Shown: in pieces, positions 1 through 11,038 of the stretch
Layout: each line of letters opens with the position of its first letter
How positions within the stretch are numbered: position 1 is the first letter of the stretch
DNA from: Spirochaetota bacterium
GTDB taxonomy: Bacteria > Spirochaetota > Leptospiria > Turneriellales > CBDBES01
Direction: 5' to 3'
Length of the DNA stretch: 64,000 nucleotides
NCBI GenBank assembly: GCA_965206985.1
Contig: CBDBLF010000022.1
Location: forward strand, 197,597 to 261,596
Program-made: the position numbers and the translations under genes
The notes under the pieces: model-generated
The model's database searches: none
The model's input: the letters and a program-made list of their open reading frames with translations, nothing else
What the model was told of the DNA's origin: nothing

Positions 1-439
1 CCACGACCTTGAGTCCGGGGGTGTAAACGTAAAAACTCTCAAAAACTTGGGAGTGTTGGGCGGCTAAAGCCCCCCCTGCACCCTGTGGACCTCGAAAGAC
101 CATGGCCAGTTTAAATTGTCCACCCGACATATATCTTAACTTCGATGCATTATTTAAAATTTGATCAATCGCAACAAGTGCAAAATTCCACGTCATGAAC
201 TCAATAATTGGACGAAGCCCCAACATAGCAGCACCAATCCCTACTCCAGCAAATCCACTTTCTGCAATTGGTGTATCAATAATTCGTCGATCACCAAAGT
301 TATCAATGAGTCCTTGGGTTACTTTATATGCTCCGTGATAATGCCCAACTTCTTCTCCCATGATAAATATATCTTGATCTAATTTTAGCTCCTCAGCCAT
401 AGCCTGATTGAGAGCTTCTCGAATACTAATTTGAGGCAT
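1..439 (-). CDS. pdhB: Pyruvate/2-oxoacid dehydrogenase E1 beta subunit, 5' part (runs off window start)
   Basis: Manual minus-strand translation from ATG at 439: [86 protein letters not shown]. Not in the ORF track. Confidence 0.93.
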   Translation of the reverse strand, partial: MPQISIREALNQAMAEELKLDQDIFIMGEEVGHYHGAYKVTQGLIDNFGDRRIIDTPIAESGFAGVGIGAAMLGLRPIIEFMTWNFALVAIDQILNNASKLRYMSGGQFKLAMVFRGPQGAGGALAAQHSQVFESFYVYTPGLKVV

Positions 440-450
440 TGTAATCTTAT

Positions 451-1512
451 CTATTTAGGAAGGTTTTGACCATCAATTTTATTCTTTGACTTTTCTAGGT
501 AATCTTGTATGAATTCAAAAATTGTATCACGGTGCACAATAAAACTGACCGTCCTTTCATAGGCAAGCACTCCTAAAGGATGTCCTGGAGTCGAGATAGT
601 ATCTCCTACAGATAATGTTTTTGTGGTAATTCCTGCAAGGTAATATTGACTCTTCTTATTTTCAAGAAAAACAGGTGAGCCGCTTTCTCCTTGATACACA
701 GGTATGCTAGTGATGATTTCCTTTTTCGAGCTAGAGGGTAAGGTCTTTGTAAGTATGGCAATTTTTTCTTGTTGAAAAGGCAATACATACCCCTTTTTTT
801 CGTAGAGAGAAGAGTTTGGTGGCAAGACAAACTCACCCATGTAGCTAACATATTTTGATTTATCGTAAAGATCAAATCCGCCAAATTTTAGTCGATAACC
901 TTTATGTTTTATTTTTTCGCCATCAAAGCGAAGAAATTGACTAATCTTTAATTTTTCTTTTAATACCCGATCATATAAATGATAATAAACCTTATTTTCA
1001 GGCACGACTTCTTCTTTATTTGATTGTTCTGAAAAAAATTGTTGAGTTTTGCTCTTCAAGACTTTCCAATAGTTTTCGATATTTCCCCAAAAACCTTTTG
1101 GAGAAAATATTTCTTGGCTGGATTTTTCGGCACGTTTTTTTATACGAAGAAGTGCTATATCTTTAGCTTTATCATGAAAAATGACCGTAAACTCACCCTC
1201 TCTGTCTTGAAGAAAACCTCTCTTGGCTTGCTTAATGAGTTGAGCGTATTTATTAGAAACAAGGACAGGAGCAATGACGTGGTAATTGGTGAGAAAAAGA
1301 TATTTAGTAATCCGAAAAGCTCTACCCATTGTATCAGTGGAGCTTTGGATATCATAGAGTGTCTCTTCTATGTAAGTTGGCTTTACATATCTTTCTGCAT
1401 CAAATTTTATGAAACTATAGAGGGTATTACGCTCAATTTCATGGGGGTTTGGTGGTTCACCACACGCAAGGAGAAGAGATAAGGCAATTAAAAAATATGT
1501 TTTGTGAATCAT
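451..1512 (-). CDS. Lipoprotein with trypsin-like (S1) serine protease motifs
   Basis: Signal peptide ending LLLAC; motifs FLTNYHVI (His), KDIALL (Asp), GESGSPV (Ser). Confidence 0.7.
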   Translation of the reverse strand: MIHKTYFLIALSLLLACGEPPNPHEIERNTLYSFIKFDAERYVKPTYIEETLYDIQSSTDTMGRAFRITKYLFLTNYHVIAPVLVSNKYAQLIKQAKRGFLQDREGEFTVIFHDKAKDIALLRIKKRAEKSSQEIFSPKGFWGNIENYWKVLKSKTQQFFSEQSNKEEVVPENKVYYHLYDRVLKEKLKISQFLRFDGEKIKHKGYRLKFGGFDLYDKSKYVSYMGEFVLPPNSSLYEKKGYVLPFQQEKIAILTKTLPSSSKKEIITSIPVYQGESGSPVFLENKKSQYYLAGITTKTLSVGDTISTPGHPLGVLAYERTVSFIVHRDTIFEFIQDYLEKSKNKIDGQNLPK

Positions 1513-1699
1513 ATTCCTCCTTGAACTAGAAGAGACAAGCCATTTCTTTAACTGTCCTTCTCCTCTGTATACCCTCTTGCCCTACTCCAAAAATTGGCTA
1601 ATCTGTTGTTACAAAAGAAAATGCTAAATCTAATTAAAAGCGTTTTCCTAGGACATTGATGTTAGCTTCTGGAAATGGTAAAGTAATTTCTTCCACAAA

Positions 1700-1831
1700 A
1701 GGAATAAAAAAGTAGATTCTGAATTCACGAAGGCATTGGGTAGTTATGGTGTAATGGGTCAGAGTATTCCTGCTGGTGCCCACACTTGGCAATCTGATTT
1801 TGAAACTGCACATGGGTTGATCAAGGATCAT
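1700..1831 (+). pseudogene. Fossil fragment of an IS481-like transposase related to the active copies in this window
   Basis: Translates RNKKVDSEFTKALGSYGVMGQSIPAGAHTWQSDFETAHGLIKDH; 33/44 identical to WNKKGDSEFTKVLASYGVPHQTIPAGAHTWQSDVETTHRLIEDH in the transposase at 37710-38807. Confidence 0.85.
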
Positions 1832-2376
1832 TCCCGTTCCTTATAGCCTCTTTTGCTATTGTCCATTTCTATAGATATAACTCTCTTCGCTTATTTTTAG
1901 CCTCGATATTGTTTTTAGCGAGCTTGTGGTTAACATACCCATATCAGCCAATATATGATTGCTATCAAGATAAAAAATGTGTCTATACTAAAATTTCTGC
2001 CGATGGTATATTACTGAATCAATGGAATCTATCTCGTATCCATCTTGTGCAGCGTCTTGTTCATAAATATGCTTTGAATAGTGGTAGTTGTCTTGTTCTG
2101 GCCGCTTCTCCAGGGGCGTATGCTATGTTTGACAGGAAGTCTCCAAATCAAGAAATTTTTGCTTTTCTTCCTCATACTAGTGAATATCAACGAGGCGAAA
2201 TAGAAAGGCTAAAGAGAGCAAAACCAAAGTTTATTCTTGATTTATTAACACCTGCTGATGGTAACGATGGTTATCTCTACCACAACTCTCATCCACTCGT
2301 GTATAAATATATCACTGATAATTTTTTGATGGTAGGGAGTTCATCATCTCCCCTACCATATAAATTATATAGATGA
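1804..2376 (+). pseudogene. Probable 3' remnant of a membrane protein gene
   Basis: Frame open from 1804 without an ATG; one hydrophobic segment then a soluble domain (ORF track 1909-2376); abuts the fossil IS fragment. Confidence 0.45.
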
Positions 2377-2578
2377 ATGAGTCGTTTCTGTATCAACAGA
2401 AAATAGTGCTTCTTTCTCTATTTCGTTCTAATTAATAACCATATTTCCCATAGTCTCAAAAAGGCTGGGCAGGCACTATTTGAGTTCTTCCCCAACCTTC
2501 TTTGACCCTATTCTCATGAAAAAAATACCTCGTTGATCTGAGTTTAATTACAAAGATGACTCGTTCTTTGTGTTTTGA

Positions 2579-3544
2579 GTGTTTACGATGCTTTTTCAAA
2601 AACCATTGTTTTATTTTTTGGTCTTCTTAGTGATCTCTACGTTATCGACTGCCCTTTTCGTATTAGAAAACCTTATTGTTGTTTTAGAGCAGGCGTCTTT
2701 TTTAAGCGTTCGGCCAGTTCGGTCAAAAATTCCCAAGGGTTTGATTCATGAGAAGATGATTCAAACCAATCAAAATGCGTTGAAGCTTGATATTTATAAG
2801 CAACCCCAAGACAAAAATAATACGTTGTGGCCTGTGTTTATATTTATTCCGGGAGGTCTGTGGCAAGGTTATAACAAAAAAAATTATGCTCATCTCGCAG
2901 GAGTGGCTCATAAAGAAAACTTGGTTACGGTTGTGCCTCAATTACCCTATTACTCTGGTTTTATTACAAGACACTTCCAAAATGTAGAGACTTTAGAGCG
3001 AAAAGGTTTTCGCGGGCAAATAGAGGCCTTGCAAGAAATATTTTTTTGGCTTAATCGTAATATCCAAAAGTTTCAAGGTGATCCAAAAAAATTGTTTATT
3101 GCGGGTTTTGGCTCAGGTGCACAGTTACTTAGCTCGTTATTTTTCGAGTCTGATCATAGAACAATGTACAAAGGCGAAAAGGCACTCACGGAAGAAATAA
3201 GAGAAATAAAAAAAAACATACAAAAAATGATTTTCTTTTCTCCCGTTTTAGATATAAATGAGACAAACACTGATTTCTTTGAAAATCATATTCGACTGAT
3301 TTTTCAAGATATCAACCGAAGTACGTTATTCTTTTTAAATAAAAAAATTGATATTCGTTTCCCTGTCTTGATTTTAAGTCCTGAAAAAGATTTTCCATTT
3401 TTACAAAAACAAGCTAAAATATTTTCTCAAATAAATAAAAACACCAAATATGTGATGATTTCAGGAGAGAGTCGACGTTCATTAATTTTTAAGATAGGGA
3501 GAAAATCTCTTGCCACTCGTCTATTTATCCAGTTTTTGCATTGA
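2579..3544 (+). CDS. Alpha/beta hydrolase (carboxylesterase-like), N-terminal membrane anchor
   Basis: PVFIFIPGGLW oxyanion-like motif, LFIAGFGSGAQL nucleophile-elbow-like region with atypical residues. Confidence 0.7.
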   Translation: MFTMLFQKPLFYFLVFLVISTLSTALFVLENLIVVLEQASFLSVRPVRSKIPKGLIHEKMIQTNQNALKLDIYKQPQDKNNTLWPVFIFIPGGLWQGYNKKNYAHLAGVAHKENLVTVVPQLPYYSGFITRHFQNVETLERKGFRGQIEALQEIFFWLNRNIQKFQGDPKKLFIAGFGSGAQLLSSLFFESDHRTMYKGEKALTEEIREIKKNIQKMIFFSPVLDINETNTDFFENHIRLIFQDINRSTLFFLNKKIDIRFPVLILSPEKDFPFLQKQAKIFSQINKNTKYVMISGESRRSLIFKIGRKSLATRLFIQFLH

Positions 3545-6514
3545 GTGACTTCTAAAAAAGAGCAATTATTACTGATTGATGGGCATGCGATGATTTTTCG
3601 TGCCTACCATGCCATGGAGAGACAAGGGCTTACTAATTCTTCGGGAGCTCCCGTGGGGGCAGTTTTTGGGTTCTACCGGATGTTGGCTAAATTACTGCTT
3701 CAATTTACACCTGATTATTTCCTATTAATTTTTGATCCACCGGGAGATAATTTTCGACATAAACTGTATCCAGAATATAAGGCGAATAGAACGGAAGCTC
3801 CTGATGAGTTGAAAAGTCAAATGAAAGAAATCTTGAGTATTGCCGAGATACTCCAAGCACCGATGTTAATTCCTAAGGATGTAGAAGCTGATGATGCCAT
3901 CGCTACTTTTGTTGAGAAACACAAAAATTCTGATATTGATATCATAATTATGAGTGGAGATAAAGACCTCTACTCACTTCTTTATGATAACGTCCAAATG
4001 TTGCGTGCTAAAAAAGGCGTTAGTGAGTTTAAAAGAATTAATGCAGACTTTGTTCAAAAAGAATTAAACATTCACTTTTCACAAATGGTTGACTTTTTGG
4101 CAATAACAGGTGATAGTTCCGACAATATCCCCGGTGTAAGGGGTGTAGGCCCCAAAGGAGCGAGTAAGCTTTTAAACCAATACCAAAGACTCGAAAACAT
4201 TTACGAAAATATTGACGAAATCAAACCAGATGGAATGAAAAATAAGTTGATAGAATCAAAAGAGAATGCGTTCCTTTCCCAAACATTGGTCCGCCTAAAA
4301 ACTGATATTCCGTTGGAACTCTCTTTGGGTGAGTTGGGGACGCATGCATTTATAAAAAATAATACTTCTACGTTTGAAATTTTTAGAGAGAAAGAACTCA
4401 ACGTAATTTATCAAGACTGGCTCAATCTTGCCGGGAGAAAACAGATAAAGCAAAAAAAAGTAGGAGAGCATTTTTCCATAATTCAATCGGTCAGCAAGTG
4501 GAATTTAATTAAGAACGAAATAAAGAAAGAAGCATTAATTTCTGTTGATACAGAAACGACTCATTCATCCCCTATGCAGGCTAAGCTGTTAGGAGTTTCC
4601 ATCTCATGGAGAGAGAAACAGTCACAGAAAGAAATATACAAGAGTGTTTATATCCCCTGTATTTTTGAGAACCTATCGCAAACGGAATCGCCAGTTGGTA
4701 ATCTATTTGCACAAACCAATGAGGAGGTTCACTTTGATTACAAAGAAGAACTGCACGGAGAAAAAAATCTCATGTGGCTTCGTGAACTTCTTGAATCTCC
4801 AAATATTAAAAAAGTAGGGCAAAATATAAAATATGACTGGCTTGTGTTAAGACGTCATGGAATAAACCTAGGAGGAGTGGTTTCTGATACGATGCTTATG
4901 TCATTTTTACTCAAACCAAATACACGTCGCCATAACTTAGATGACATGGCTTTTGACCACATTGACCATAGTACCATTAAATATAGTGATTTGGTGGGCG
5001 CAGGTAAAGAAAAAAAAACATTATTATCAGTGCCTCTTCAGCGTGTTGCTGAATATGCGTGCGAAGATGCCGAAGTAACCCTTCGATTACATCATCCACT
5101 CAAGGCTCATCTCAAAAAAGAAAATTTATCTAAAATTTATCGAGAGATTGATCTGCCTCTTGCTTATGTCGTCATGCTTATGGAAGAGAATGGAGTTGTC
5201 CTCGATATCGACTATCTCCAAAAACTATCTGAGAGATACAAGAAAAAAATAGACCAAACAAAAGGAAAAATATTTGAAATAACAGGAGAAGAGTTTAACA
5301 TACAAAGCACACAAGAGTTACGTCGTATTCTGTTTGAGAAGCTAGGTATTGCCTCCGAGCAAAAGACCGGAAAAGGCAGATTATCCACCAACCAAAAAGT
5401 ATTGGAGCGTCTCAAGAATGAACACCCGTTGATTCCCCATTTGTTGGAGTTTAGGCTTTTGTCTAAACTTTTATCGACGTATGTCTTACCACTGCCTCAG
5501 GCTATTTTAGAGTCCACGAATAGAGTTCATACTTCTTTTTCTCAGGTCATCGCAGCAACGGGTCGCCTGTCATCAATGGAACCAAACCTGCAGAATATCC
5601 CCATTAAAGGTGAAGAAGGTAGGGCAATACGTCGAGCATTTATTGCTGAAGAGGGATGTGAACTTCTCTCGCTTGATTATAGTCAGATTGAGCTAAGAAT
5701 TTTAGCTCACTATAGCGGAGATGAAAATTTATTGCGAGCCTATGCTAATGATGAGGACATTCACGATCAAGCCACTTATTTGCTTTTCAATCAATATTTT
5801 GATGAAGACAAAAAAAAATGGAATTTGCCGAATCTCTCTCCAGAATATCAGGAAAGTGTAAAGAACAAGCAACCTCAAGCAAAGCCTGAAATTACCAACG
5901 AAACTCAAGAAGTAAAACTAGAGATCAGTCAATTTGACTCTAAAAGGTTAGATATCATGAAAGAGACGGATGAGTTTCATGATCTTCGGTCACGTGCCAA
6001 GATTCTTAATTTTTCAATTATCTATGGTGTGACCGATTGGGGTCTATCCCAACAATTGAATATTCCTCGTTCTGTAGCAAAAACATTGATGGAAGCTTAT
6101 TTGGTGAACTATCCCGGTATAAAAAAATATATGGATCACGTGATCCAGAGCACCAAAGAGAAAGGTTATTCAGAAAACCTCTTGGGAAGAAAGCGAAGCA
6201 TCCATGATCTGGATAATCAGAATCGCTTCAAACGAGAGACCGCAGAGAGGCTGGCTATGAATACTCCTATACAATCAACAGCGGCTGACATTATAAAAAT
6301 TGCAATGATTGATATTCAAAAAAAAATAGAAGCCAAAGCATTAAAAACAAAAATGATTTTGCAAATTCACGATGAGTTATTATTTGAAGTGCCCGTTAAT
6401 GAGAAACAAGAGATATTTGAAATTGCCCAACATGCAATGGAAAACGCATTTCAATTGAAGGCCCCTTTAAAAGTGAGTGGTGGGTTCGGAAAAAATTGGA
6501 ATGAAGCGAAATGA
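3545..6514 (+). CDS. polA: DNA polymerase I
   Basis: LLLIDGH 5'-3' exonuclease start, DTETT/NIKYD/YACEDA proofreading motifs, DYSQIELR, RAKILNFSIIYG, LQIHDELLFEV. Confidence 0.98.
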   Translation: MTSKKEQLLLIDGHAMIFRAYHAMERQGLTNSSGAPVGAVFGFYRMLAKLLLQFTPDYFLLIFDPPGDNFRHKLYPEYKANRTEAPDELKSQMKEILSIAEILQAPMLIPKDVEADDAIATFVEKHKNSDIDIIIMSGDKDLYSLLYDNVQMLRAKKGVSEFKRINADFVQKELNIHFSQMVDFLAITGDSSDNIPGVRGVGPKGASKLLNQYQRLENIYENIDEIKPDGMKNKLIESKENAFLSQTLVRLKTDIPLELSLGELGTHAFIKNNTSTFEIFREKELNVIYQDWLNLAGRKQIKQKKVGEHFSIIQSVSKWNLIKNEIKKEALISVDTETTHSSPMQAKLLGVSISWREKQSQKEIYKSVYIPCIFENLSQTESPVGNLFAQTNEEVHFDYKEELHGEKNLMWLRELLESPNIKKVGQNIKYDWLVLRRHGINLGGVVSDTMLMSFLLKPNTRRHNLDDMAFDHIDHSTIKYSDLVGAGKEKKTLLSVPLQRVAEYACEDAEVTLRLHHPLKAHLKKENLSKIYREIDLPLAYVVMLMEENGVVLDIDYLQKLSERYKKKIDQTKGKIFEITGEEFNIQSTQELRRILFEKLGIASEQKTGKGRLSTNQKVLERLKNEHPLIPHLLEFRLLSKLLSTYVLPLPQAILESTNRVHTSFSQVIAATGRLSSMEPNLQNIPIKGEEGRAIRRAFIAEEGCELLSLDYSQIELRILAHYSGDENLLRAYANDEDIHDQATYLLFNQYFDEDKKKWNLPNLSPEYQESVKNKQPQAKPEITNETQEVKLEISQFDSKRLDIMKETDEFHDLRSRAKILNFSIIYGVTDWGLSQQLNIPRSVAKTLMEAYLVNYPGIKKYMDHVIQSTKEKGYSENLLGRKRSIHDLDNQNRFKRETAERLAMNTPIQSTAADIIKIAMIDIQKKIEAKALKTKMILQIHDELLFEVPVNEKQEIFEIAQHAMENAFQLKAPLKVSGGFGKNWNEAK

Positions 6515-7772
6515 AATAATGCAAACGGTCGATGAAATTAAACAAGATTTTCCGTTTTTTAATAAAAACCAGAATGTTACATTTTTAGATTCTGCAGCCT
6601 CTTCACTCACTCCTTTCTCTGTGATTGAAGCGATAAAAAAATATTATGAAAAATATAGTGTTAATATTCATCGGGGTGTTTATGACGCTTCAATGAAAGC
6701 AACAGAAATTTATGAAAACACAAGAGAGAAGATAAATGCCTTTCTGAACGCGAATAATGAAGGAGATATTATTTATGTGAGAAATGCTACAGAGGCTTTC
6801 AATATGATCGCTCATTGCCTTTCTGAAGAGTTCTCAGAGGGGGATGTGATTTTATTAAGTGAATCAGAGCACCACGCAAATATAGTGCCGTGGCAAATGG
6901 CTATGAAAAGGTGCTCCCTGCAAATTGAATATTTGCCGATTCATAAAAAAAATGGTATGTTCAATATGGAATCTTTCGATGCAATGAAAAAAAAGCTTCA
7001 AAACCGTCGTTTAAAAGTAATTTCTCTAGCACAAACATCAAATGTCACAGGAGTAAGCCATGACTTGACCCCCTTTTGGGATTATGCACGAGAGAAAGGA
7101 GCTTTTTTTATTGTTGATGGTGCTCAAAGTGTTTGCCATACGAAAATTGATCTCAAAAAGCTCTCCCCTGATTTTTTTATTTTTTCAGGGCATAAAATGT
7201 TAGGACCTACAGGCATTGGTATTCTTTGGGGTAAAAAAGAATTAACAAAACGATTGCCTCCCTTTTTAGGGGGAGGAGACATGATTTTGTCTGTTTCTAA
7301 GGAAAAAATAGTTTATAATTTATCGCCGCATAAGTTTGAAGCAGGAACTCCTAATATATCAGGTGTATTTGGGTTGGGTGCCGCCGTTGATTATCTGAAT
7401 GGATTTGATAGAGATGTGCTTGAGCAGAGAGAAAAATCTTTGACACTCTATGCAATGAAACAAATGAATGATGTGGGTTGTGATGTTCATGGTCCTAGCT
7501 TAGAGGAAGTGCAACAAGGAGACGTCCAGAAGATTGGTGTAATTTCTTTTAATGTGGGTTCTGTTCATCCACATGATGTGGGTACTATACTCAATCAAGA
7601 TGGCATTGCAATTCGCGTGGGACATCATTGCTGTCAAATATTGATGTCTGTTTGGGGAGTTTCAGCAACCTGTCGAGCAAGTCTTTATTTATATAATGAC
7701 AAACAAGACATTAATCGACTCATAGAAGGAATTTCCAAAGTGAAGGAAATTTTTCTTAAGGGTTCTGGATAA
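6501..7772 (+). CDS. sufS: SufS-type cysteine desulfurase
   Basis: FLDSAASS, NIHRG, EHHANIVPW, FSGHKMLGPTGIG, FEAGTPNI, RVGHHCC. Start at 6501 or 6519 is more likely than 6477. Confidence 0.93.
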   Translation: MKRNEIMQTVDEIKQDFPFFNKNQNVTFLDSAASSLTPFSVIEAIKKYYEKYSVNIHRGVYDASMKATEIYENTREKINAFLNANNEGDIIYVRNATEAFNMIAHCLSEEFSEGDVILLSESEHHANIVPWQMAMKRCSLQIEYLPIHKKNGMFNMESFDAMKKKLQNRRLKVISLAQTSNVTGVSHDLTPFWDYAREKGAFFIVDGAQSVCHTKIDLKKLSPDFFIFSGHKMLGPTGIGILWGKKELTKRLPPFLGGGDMILSVSKEKIVYNLSPHKFEAGTPNISGVFGLGAAVDYLNGFDRDVLEQREKSLTLYAMKQMNDVGCDVHGPSLEEVQQGDVQKIGVISFNVGSVHPHDVGTILNQDGIAIRVGHHCCQILMSVWGVSATCRASLYLYNDKQDINRLIEGISKVKEIFLKGSG

Positions 7773-7793
7773 AAAAGGTGTAACTACGGAGAA

Positions 7794-8150
7794 ATGGCAA
7801 AAAATGTTCTAGGTGACAATCTCAAAATCTGTTGTGAAAACCCCATGACTGGTTTTTTTCGTAATGGTCGGTGTGACACTTCTCCTGAAGACTTGGGGAT
7901 GCACACCGTATGTGTTTTGGTGACCCAAGATTTTTTAGAATTCAGTTTCTCCAAGGGCAATGATCTATCCACTCCAATTCCTGAGTATGGCTTTTCAGGT
8001 CTCAAGCCGGGAGATAAGTGGTGTCTTTGTTTAATGAGATGGGTTGAGGCCTATCAGGCAGGTTTAGCACCTAAAATTGACTTAGAAGCTTCTCATATTT
8101 CGATACTCGAACACGTTGAATTTGAAGATCTCAAGAAATATGCAATTTAG
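7794..8150 (+). CDS. DUF2237 family protein
   Basis: NVLG..L..CC..PMTGFFRNGRC, HTVC, GLKPGDKWCLC..RW.EA pattern. Confidence 0.88.
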   Translation: MAKNVLGDNLKICCENPMTGFFRNGRCDTSPEDLGMHTVCVLVTQDFLEFSFSKGNDLSTPIPEYGFSGLKPGDKWCLCLMRWVEAYQAGLAPKIDLEASHISILEHVEFEDLKKYAI

Positions 8151-8281
8151 TTTTTTCTTAATCTTTTTTCTCTCTTCTTGTTTTTGACGAATTAAAACGG
8201 AAAAACAAGAATCTTATTAAATGCAAGCCTTCTTTAGGAAAGTGTGTATAACCTGAGGCTGGGAAGGAACTAAGATCAAAG

Positions 8282-8407
8282 GTGAAAAATAGAAGAAAAC
8301 ATCCAATTTTACGGGTTAGGTCGGTTTTTGGGATACTTTTATTTTTTTTTATACAAAATTTTGCTCAAAATGAGTTCTTTCCCAGCTTCAAAAGTTCTAA
8401 CTCATGA
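8282..8407 (+). CDS. Candidate 41-aa small protein, paralog of the ORF at 35944-36054
   Basis: GTG start; [41 protein letters not shown]; its TGA overlaps the ATG at 8404; aligns to the minus-strand ORF at 36054. Confidence 0.4.
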   Translation: MKNRRKHPILRVRSVFGILLFFFIQNFAQNEFFPSFKSSNS

Positions 8408-9216
8408 TAAAATTACTGTTGATGAAGGCTCTCCCAATTAAAATATGGTTTGCTTTGAGCATGTACACGATAAAATGGAAACAGTTTAATACTGAGGTAC
8501 CTAAAAATGCTCCTTCGTTTGTGAATAAGGGGCACGTTCGCATTTGGAATAAACAAAGGGATTTTTTATCGAGTCATCCGGAGTTTAAAAACTGGATTTC
8601 TTTTGTTGAGTGGCCAGAATATTTGTCATTAAACACTGAACAGAAAAAAAACCTAGTGGGTGAAGATATCACAAAGTGGAACGAAAACCCTGTTTTGAAA
8701 GACTCCATTCATCCTGTTCGTTCCGATATTCCCACGTTTTGGGCTAAGAAAGAAAGTTTACTTGATATGCTAAAAGCTTTCAAGGAACAAAAAATTTTGT
8801 CTTATAACTTTTTGCTTGATTTGACTGCCGTAGACTTTTTGGATTCTCCTGAACTTTCTGACCAAGAGAAGAACAACAATAAAAGGTTCCAAATGATTTA
8901 TTTACTGAGGTCTCTTCCTAATGAACTTTTTTCTTTAACTCCTGATTATCGCGGTTTGAGAATTCGTGTGGTACTTCCCGTTGCTGAAGGTGAGAAAGTA
9001 CCTTCAATTACAAGTCTCTGGGTTGGCGCTAATTGGCCAGAAAGAGAAGTGTTTGATATGATGGGTCTTGAGTTTACCTCTCACCCTGATCTGCGCCGGA
9101 TACTCATGCCTGACAATTACAAAGGGCATCCATTACGAAAAGATTTTCCTTTGCAGGGCATTGGTGAAGACTATCTTATTGAAGATCTCCTTGAAGAACA
9201 TTTGACTCATGACTGA
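8404..9216 (+). CDS. nuoC: NADH-quinone oxidoreductase subunit C
   Basis: [41 protein letters not shown]. True start may be the ATG at 8461. Confidence 0.95.
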   Translation: MIKLLLMKALPIKIWFALSMYTIKWKQFNTEVPKNAPSFVNKGHVRIWNKQRDFLSSHPEFKNWISFVEWPEYLSLNTEQKKNLVGEDITKWNENPVLKDSIHPVRSDIPTFWAKKESLLDMLKAFKEQKILSYNFLLDLTAVDFLDSPELSDQEKNNNKRFQMIYLLRSLPNELFSLTPDYRGLRIRVVLPVAEGEKVPSITSLWVGANWPEREVFDMMGLEFTSHPDLRRILMPDNYKGHPLRKDFPLQGIGEDYLIEDLLEEHLTHD

Positions 9217-10546
9217 TAAGGTGAACGTCTTGTTCGAAAACAAACCCAAACCCAAACCCAAACCCAAAGAACAAAGGGGTACTGCAGAAGCTACTCCCGT
9301 AGAAAACCAACCACACCAACCGGTTTCTCAAGCAAACTGGTTGAAAGCAAGGTATCCGGGTGCCAATATTACCGAACTTCCCGAAGGAAAAATGGCAATC
9401 AATTTAGGCCCTTCTCATCCAGCGACACACGGAATACTCGAAAATCACTTAATTATTGACGGCGAAACAATAGAACATTGTTCCATGGTGATCGGGTATG
9501 TGCATCGATGTTTCGAAAAGCTTGGTGAAACGTATGATTATAATCAATTCCTTGTTTGCACTGATCGTATGAACTACATCTCAACTCCAATGAATAATAT
9601 TGGTTGGGTTCTTGCAGTTGAAAGTCTCATGGGAATTACCGTACCTGAAAAAGTGACTGTCGTTCGCATGATTATATCAGAACTTTCGCGCATAATTGAT
9701 CACATAATATCGATGGGTATCTTGGGAGTTGATCTAGGGTCTTTTGCTTCTTTTCTGTATATGTTTCATAAGCGTGAGGATGTTTATGAAATATTAGATA
9801 AAATGACAGGTGCTCGGCTTACCAATACATTTTGTAGGGTGGGTGGTCTCGAAAGAGATATTTATCCTGATTTTGTCAAAGACGTTAAGCACTTTTTAAA
9901 GACATTTCCTAAAGTACTTAAAGAAACAGACCGTCTGCTTACTAAATCGAGAATTTTCTACGACCGAACAAAAGGGATTGGCAAAATTTCAAAAAAGCGT
10001 GCCCTTGAATATGGTTATACAGGGCCAAACCTTAGGGCGACAGGTTGTGATTTTGATGTGCGGGTTTATAATCCCTATTTGTTTTATGATCAAGTTGAGT
10101 TTGACGTGCCTATTGGTGAAGATGGTTCTGTTTATGATCGATATTTGGTACGCATTGAAGAGATTCGTCAGTCAATGAGAATCCTAAGCCAACTTATTGA
10201 TAATCTCCCCGAAGGATCATATCATGCTGACCTTCCCCATGTTTTTTTACCCGATAAGAAGAAGGTCTACACATCAATGGAAGACTTGATATACCATTTT
10301 AAAATTATCATGCACGGTATTGAAGTACCTACAGGAGAACATTACTTTTCTACCGAAGCCGCCAACGGTGAGCTGGGTTTCAACATTATCTCTCGTGGTC
10401 AAAAATCTCCTTGGAGGGTTCATGTGAGGAGACCCTGTTTTTGGTACTATCAATCTTTTGCAGAACAAGTGGAGGGGGGTCTACTCGCTGATAGTGTTGC
10501 AGTGATGAGTTCTATGAACATTATTGCCGGTGAGTTAGATGGTTAA
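9209..10546 (+). CDS. nuoD: NADH-quinone oxidoreductase subunit D
   Basis: [40 protein letters not shown]. Confidence 0.97.
   Translation: MTDKVNVLFENKPKPKPKPKEQRGTAEATPVENQPHQPVSQANWLKARYPGANITELPEGKMAINLGPSHPATHGILENHLIIDGETIEHCSMVIGYVHRCFEKLGETYDYNQFLVCTDRMNYISTPMNNIGWVLAVESLMGITVPEKVTVVRMIISELSRIIDHIISMGILGVDLGSFASFLYMFHKREDVYEILDKMTGARLTNTFCRVGGLERDIYPDFVKDVKHFLKTFPKVLKETDRLLTKSRIFYDRTKGIGKISKKRALEYGYTGPNLRATGCDFDVRVYNPYLFYDQVEFDVPIGEDGSVYDRYLVRIEEIRQSMRILSQLIDNLPEGSYHADLPHVFLPDKKKVYTSMEDLIYHFKIIMHGIEVPTGEHYFSTEAANGELGFNIISRGQKSPWRVHVRRPCFWYYQSFAEQVEGGLLADSVAVMSSMNIIAGELDG
9242..9265 (+). repeat. (AAACCC)4 in-frame repeat encoding KPKPKPKP at the NuoD N-terminus
   Basis: Directly visible in sequence. 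Confidence 0.9.
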
Positions 10547-11036
10547 TACGCCATCATCCTATATATTTCCCCCAGAACAAGAAGCTAAGTTCAAAAAACT
10601 CGAGAAGAAATTTCCGCAAAAAAGTTCGCTCGTTATTTGGGGGCTTCATCTCGTTCAGGAAGATCGAGGCTATATACCCACCGAAGCGATTCATTATATC
10701 GCTGAAAAAGCAGAGGTTTCTCCCGCATGGGTTTCGGGAGTTATTAGTTTTTATGAAGCTTTTCATGAAAAACCTATCGGAAAATATCACATTCACGTTT
10801 GCTATAATGTTACTTGCTGGATGATGGGTTCTGACCATATTGAAGAATGCATACAGAAAAAGTTGAACCTGTGCCCAGGAGAAACAACCACCGATAAAAA
10901 ATTTACGTACACACGCACACAAGAGTGTTTAGCTGGTTGTGATAAGGCACCGGTGGTGTTGGTAAATCACGACTATCACGAGAATTTGACTCCCAACAAG
11001 CTAGAGGCTTTGATTGATGAGCTCCAAGAAAAATAA
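10539..11036 (+). CDS. nuoE: NADH-quinone oxidoreductase subunit E
   Basis: 2Fe-2S motif CYNVTC...[10 protein letters not shown]. Confidence 0.96.
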   Translation: MVNTPSSYIFPPEQEAKFKKLEKKFPQKSSLVIWGLHLVQEDRGYIPTEAIHYIAEKAEVSPAWVSGVISFYEAFHEKPIGKYHIHVCYNVTCWMMGSDHIEECIQKKLNLCPGETTTDKKFTYTRTQECLAGCDKAPVVLVNHDYHENLTPNKLEALIDELQEK

Positions 11037-11038
11037 AT

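Noticed and set aside
161-382. 73-aa plus-strand ORF
   Set aside because: Antisense to pdhB.
5789-5986. Intein in polA
   Set aside because: Too short; no N-terminal Cys/Ser block or C-terminal His-Asn.
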